From: Selaginella moellendorffii
Taxonomy: Eukaryota > Plantae > Lycopodiophyta
Reading direction: 5' to 3'
Length of the DNA stretch: 64,000 nucleotides
Assembly: GCF_000143415.4 (NCBI RefSeq)
Contig: NW_003314274.1
Span: 1,626,851-1,690,850, forward strand
Under the pieces are notes generated by a model that saw only the letters and a program-made list of their open reading frames with translations, was not told the DNA's origin and made no database searches. This document shows positions 59,579-64,000 of the stretch, piece by piece (within the stretch, counting starts at the first letter, position 1; every line of letters begins with the position of its first letter). Made by a program: the position numbers and the translations under genes.

Positions 59579-62310
59579 TTAGTAGACTCGTGCCTTTGGA
59601 GGGAATGGCTCCACTTCTTTGTCTAGAGTGTTCATATGGACTGGACGATAATCAAGCCTCACTTTCCCATCCTCCCAGAACCTGCGAGAACAATCCGGAA
59701 GTTTAGCCGATTGGACAATCGTGAAAACGCAATAGTGATTCTCACCCCAGTGTGTGCTTCATCCAGTTTTCATCGTCTCGTTTCTGGAATCGCGAAAGTT
59801 AAAAGTTACGAGCAAGAGCTTGGCAGCGTAGTGAGATACTTACCGCAAAATCTTCACGGGCGTGCGCTCCACGGCTCTCTTTTCTCGCTTCCGCGGATTG
59901 CATTGTGATCACTGCGTTGATGAGCAAGTTTTCTAGCTCGATCGTCTCGATGAGGTCAGAGTTCCTGCGCAAACCGAACAAGGTAAGGAGGAGAGCTTGG
60001 CAGGAATTAATGTACCATATCAAGCTCCTGTCCGATGTCTTAACTCGAGAGAAGCTATCCCATATTTCGTTGATAAGCTTGCATCCTGTGTGCTCGATCA
60101 ATACAAGGGAAATTTAAGAAGATGTGCTTACCTTCTTCGAGAGTTTCCTGTGTACGGAAGACGGCAGCGTTGTTTTGCATGACTCTTTGCATCGAAAGCC
60201 TGATGCTGGCGGTGGGTAAATCTCCATTTGCATATCTCAGCTTGTTCAGCCAGGCAATGGTCCCTTCTCCGGCGTTCTTTGGCAATGGCTTTTGCTTGTC
60301 GCCTGATAAACAAGAGAATAGTAATCCTGAAACGCAATGGTATTTGCAAGATGTCTCACCAGGTTTGTAAATCTCGGCCATCGTGTTGGCACACGCACGA
60401 CCAAAAACCACAATGTCCAAGAGTGAATTTGCTCCCAAACGATTGGCACCATGAACGGATGCGCACGCTGCTTCTCCAGCAGCCATCAACCCTGGAATGA
60501 GACAGTCGGGATCTCCATCTTTCGTCGTAACACCCTGCATACCGATGGTGAGAGAAGATAATAAAACATTCCAACATCAAAGCCACACCTCTCCACGGTA
60601 GTTAGTTGGTATCCCTCCCATGTTGTAGTGGACCGTCGGTAGCACGGGGATCGGTTCCTTAGTAACATCAACACCAGCGAAGATTGCTGCTGTTTCTGAT
60701 ATTCCTGGGAGCCTTTCTTTCAGCACTTCCGGAGGTAAATGATTTAAGTGAAGATATATGTGATCCTTCAAAGGCCCTAGGAACAAGGTAAAACATCAGT
60801 TGCCAAACCAGACAAGAAAAAACAGCTCTACAGACCTACTCCACGGCCTTCGCGAATCTCCATTGTCATGGATCTAGACACGACATCTCTCGAAGCTAAG
60901 TCTTTCGCAGTGGGAGCATATCTTTCCATAAAACGTTCTCCTTCGCTGTTTCGCAAAATGCCACCTTCACCACGCGACCCTGACACCAATAGCATAGTGA
61001 CTTGAGGGTACAAATAAATGAGATAGCAAACCTTCCGTTATAAGACAACCAGCACCATATATACCAGTCGGATGAAATTGCACGAACTCCAAGTCCTGTA
61101 AAGTTTTTAGAACAAGTGCGAGTGATGAAAAACAGGATAAGCCAAGAACCTCCAGAGGAAGACCAGCACGAGCCACCATAGCATTCCCGTCCCCGGTACA
61201 CGTATGAGCTGAGGTTGCTGAAAAGTAAGCCCTTCCATAACCCTGCGTACAACTCAATAAGGATGGTCTTGATTCCTGAGAACAACGTACCCCGGTCGCT
61301 AGAATCGTCGAAAGAGCACGGAAACGATGCAAAGTCCCATCCTCCATGTTAAGTGCCATAACACCTCGACATGCACCTGGCAAAATCATTCACGATCAGC
61401 CGTTAAGTTTGACGAAATGGATATATGTCCTTACCCTCGTCGTCCATTATGAGATCTAAAGCAAAATACTCGACAAAAAACTGTGTGTTGTGTTTCATGG
61501 CCTGGCCGTAGAGAGTGTGCAGTAGCGCATGACCCGTTCGATCGGCAGCACACGCACAACGATATGCCTGACCCCCTGGAAGGCAGACTTAGCTACCAAC
61601 GAAGACAGAGAGGAAGAATGGATCGTACCTTTGCCGAAATTCAGGCTCTGTCCACCAAAAGCTCTTTGGTAGATTTTACCTTCTTCTGTTCTTGAAAAAG
61701 GCAAACCATAATTCTCGAGCTCAATGACGGCAGCAGGAGCTTCTCGACACATATACTGAATAGCATCCTGATCACCTAAACGTAAGAGAGAAAATTTTCA
61801 GTAGAAGCGGACAAAAAGCATTGTAACCATACCAAGCCAGTCACTTCCTTTGACAGTATCATACATATGCCATCTCCAATCATCCTCGGTCATATTTCCC
61901 AACGCTGCATTGATTCCTCCCTTAAAGAAATCACATTCAAATCAACGAAAAGAGTGAAGGCAAAAAATAAGGGGAAAAAATCTACCTGTGCTGCCACAGT
62001 ATGAGATCTAGTAGGAAAGAGCTTTGTGATGCAAGCCGTGTTGAATCCATGCTCCGAGAGACCGATGGCCGCTCGCAACCCAGCCCCGCCGGCGCCGACG
62101 ACGACGGCATCGTATGTGTGATCCACGATGGGGTACGCGGCGCCGGTAGCCTGATCAACCAAAATATTGCGAGATCGATCGAAATTTCCAGCTCAATCGA
62201 TCGCATTCGACACTCACCGATGGCGCCCCATTGCTGAGGACTCGCGAAGCGCTGGAGTAGAGCCTCCGCTGGTGCTGCTCGCGGAGGGCGGCCCTCGCTA
62301 GCCGCAGCAT
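59579..62310 (-). CDS. SDH1: Succinate dehydrogenase flavoprotein subunit, mitochondrial; multi-exon
   Basis: Presequence [38 protein letters not shown]-His motif [53 protein letters not shown]. Confidence 0.97.
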
Positions 62311-62442
62311 CGTCTTGCCACGGCTCCAAAGAACCCTAAAAAGACCTTTTTATGGAGATTAAAATCCACTGTGTGTGTAAAGTCCTTGTATCGTGGCGCG
62401 AGGAAGGAGAAGGAGAAATATCGAGCTCTAGCTAGCCCTAAA

Positions 62443-63346
62443 ATGCGAAGCGTGGCGAGCCCTCGCATTGTTGGGTCGATTGGGGCGTTTGATCGCTGGA
62501 ATTCAGCTGGAATCGCGGCGCAGAGGCCCGCATTTGTGGCCAGCGGCTGGAATAGGCGGCGAATCATGGGCGCCTCGCAGTCGTCGAGGGATTCATCCGG
62601 CGGGCCTTCGGTCAGCGCAGGTAGAAATCTTTGATCACTTTTCCATGCGAGGAGTCGTGAGAAATCTCTTTCTCCAGAGGGAGCGGAATTTAAATCCGTG
62701 AGCGACACGGAGTGGAAGGAAAAGCTCACGGACGAGCAGTTCTACGTCACGAGGCAAAAGGGGACCGAAAGAGCTTTCAGCGGGTAAGAAAGCATTTTTA
62801 GAACATAGAACATAGAAACTCTGGCGAGAACGAGATCTATCTAAGCGATCATCCATCCGATCGAACAGGAAGTACTGGAACACCAAGACTGCTGGGATCT
62901 ACGAGTGCATTTGCTGCGGAACACCACTCTTCAAGTAAGTTTCCTTGCTTGGATTTGTTTCCCTTTCTGCTCTTCTGGTTGCTTGCTTTGTTGGCTGTCA
63001 GTGGTTTCTTTTCAACTTTAGATCCATAGCTGAGTTTTCTCGAGTTTTGTTCTTCCAGCTCCATCACCAAATTCGACAGTGGCACGGGGTGGCCCTCGTA
63101 CTACGAGGCGATTGGAAACAATGTCAAGAGCGAGAGCGACTGGTCCATCCCGTTCATGCCTCGCACCGAAGTCAAGTGTTCCAAGTGTGATGCTCACTTG
63201 GGGCACGTCTTTGACGACGGCCCTCCTCCCACTGGAAAACGCTATTGCATCAACAGGTGACTTTCACTCCCAACTAAAAGAGCTTCCTTTTCTCATGTCT
63301 TTCGTGGTCGTGTTGCAGCGCTTCGCTCAACTTGAAACCGAGCTGA
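62443..63346 (+). CDS. MSRB1: Peptide methionine sulfoxide reductase B, plastid 1-Cys type; 5 exons
   Basis: Transit peptide, RQKGTERAF, zinc ligands CICC and [15 protein letters not shown] (Thr in place of the resolving Cys), [15 protein letters not shown]|S. TGA at 63344-63346. Confidence 0.92.
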
Positions 63347-63600
63347 TGGATATTATGTTCAATAGTAATAAAATATTTGAAGAATATTCTTTAAGTTTGA
63401 CTATAATACTATTGTCTAGCTTAAATTTGCAGATGTTTTGCAAAGCCTGTGTTTTGTGTTTGAGAACATTCTGTATTGAATTTTATTCATGATATTATAA
63501 TCTTAAACCTTTTCTTACTACATTTCTTTTTTACCTTTTTATTTTTTTCTGGTTGTTTCATTACAATTCTGGTGGCTGTTCCAACCAACTTCTCCTGTTA

Positions 63601-64000
63601 TCAAAAGCATCTCATTGCGGCAGTCGCAAGAAGTTCAGCCTTCGGATCACGTTCAGCAAGAGAAACCACCCGCACTATATTTGATTGACTGGGAAGCTTA
63701 TGAACAGCAAAAGTTCCCAGCAACAGAAGGCTGTCTCCGTCTGGAGTGAGTTGAATTCCAAACTCCGCTTGCTGCTGCGAAAATAATGTAAGCCAAATAG
63801 AAAGAAACACTGAACAAACGTTCAGAGAGTCTGCTCCAAAATTTTCGTAAGAATGCAGTGAAAAGGACTGTAGCAACGTTGCCTCCGATACCAAGTTGTT
63901 GTCAAGGGAAATACAGTTGTACACCGTGCTTCCCCAGAGGACCACAAGAGACGCAGATATCCACCTCCTGACTCCTTGCGTTGAGTGCCACGCAAAGAAC
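63601..64000 (-). CDS. 3' end of an unidentified gene (5' part outside window)
   Basis: Open exon, an intron of about 45 nt, then last exon QQAEFGIQLTPDGDSLLLLG...AERDPKAELLATAAMRCF*. Confidence 0.55.
   Translation of the reverse strand, partial: FFAWHSTQGVRRWISASLVVLWGSTVYNCISLDNNLVSEATLLQSFSLHSYENFGADSLNVCSVFLSIWLTLFSQQQAEFGIQLTPDGDSLLLLGTFAVHKLPSQSNIVRVVSLAERDPKAELLATAAMRCF

Overview
Gene-dense land-plant nuclear DNA. Introns are mostly about 45-100 nt with GT-AG ends, intergenic gaps are very short, and there are PLS-type PPR relics. This is consistent with a compact lycophyte genome such as Selaginella (my inference, not a database match). About 20 apparently intact or partial genes are present: RRM protein, GATA factor, coiled-coil protein, two LRR-XI receptor kinases (HSL/HAESA-like and BAM/CLV1-like), matrix metalloproteinase, fibrillarin, GH18 chitinase, strictosidine-synthase-like protein, mTERF4, UBP1, a short-ectodomain RLK, FAD oxidoreductase, omega-amidase, an unknown membrane-anchored protein, PsbX, RPT1, SDH1, MSRB1 and a partial unknown gene. 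There are also several pseudogenes and a 7 kb AT-rich, CpG-depleted relic island. The most interesting unexplained signals are: (1) an 82-nt minus-strand hairpin with pre-miRNA-like geometry, followed by more hairpins including an H/ACA-like layout, in the ORF-free gap at 50.2-50.55 kb; (2) a tail-to-tail junction of the coiled-coil gene and the LRR-RLK present in three copies, with the RLK copies eroded by deletions; (3) a possible 6-nt microexon in an unusually long U-rich intron of UBP1; (4) a mosaic of gene fragments at 42.8-44.6 kb; (5) a kinase broken by a single in-frame TAG. I see no CRISPR array, tRNA, rRNA or intact transposon. All splice sites and alignments were read by eye.
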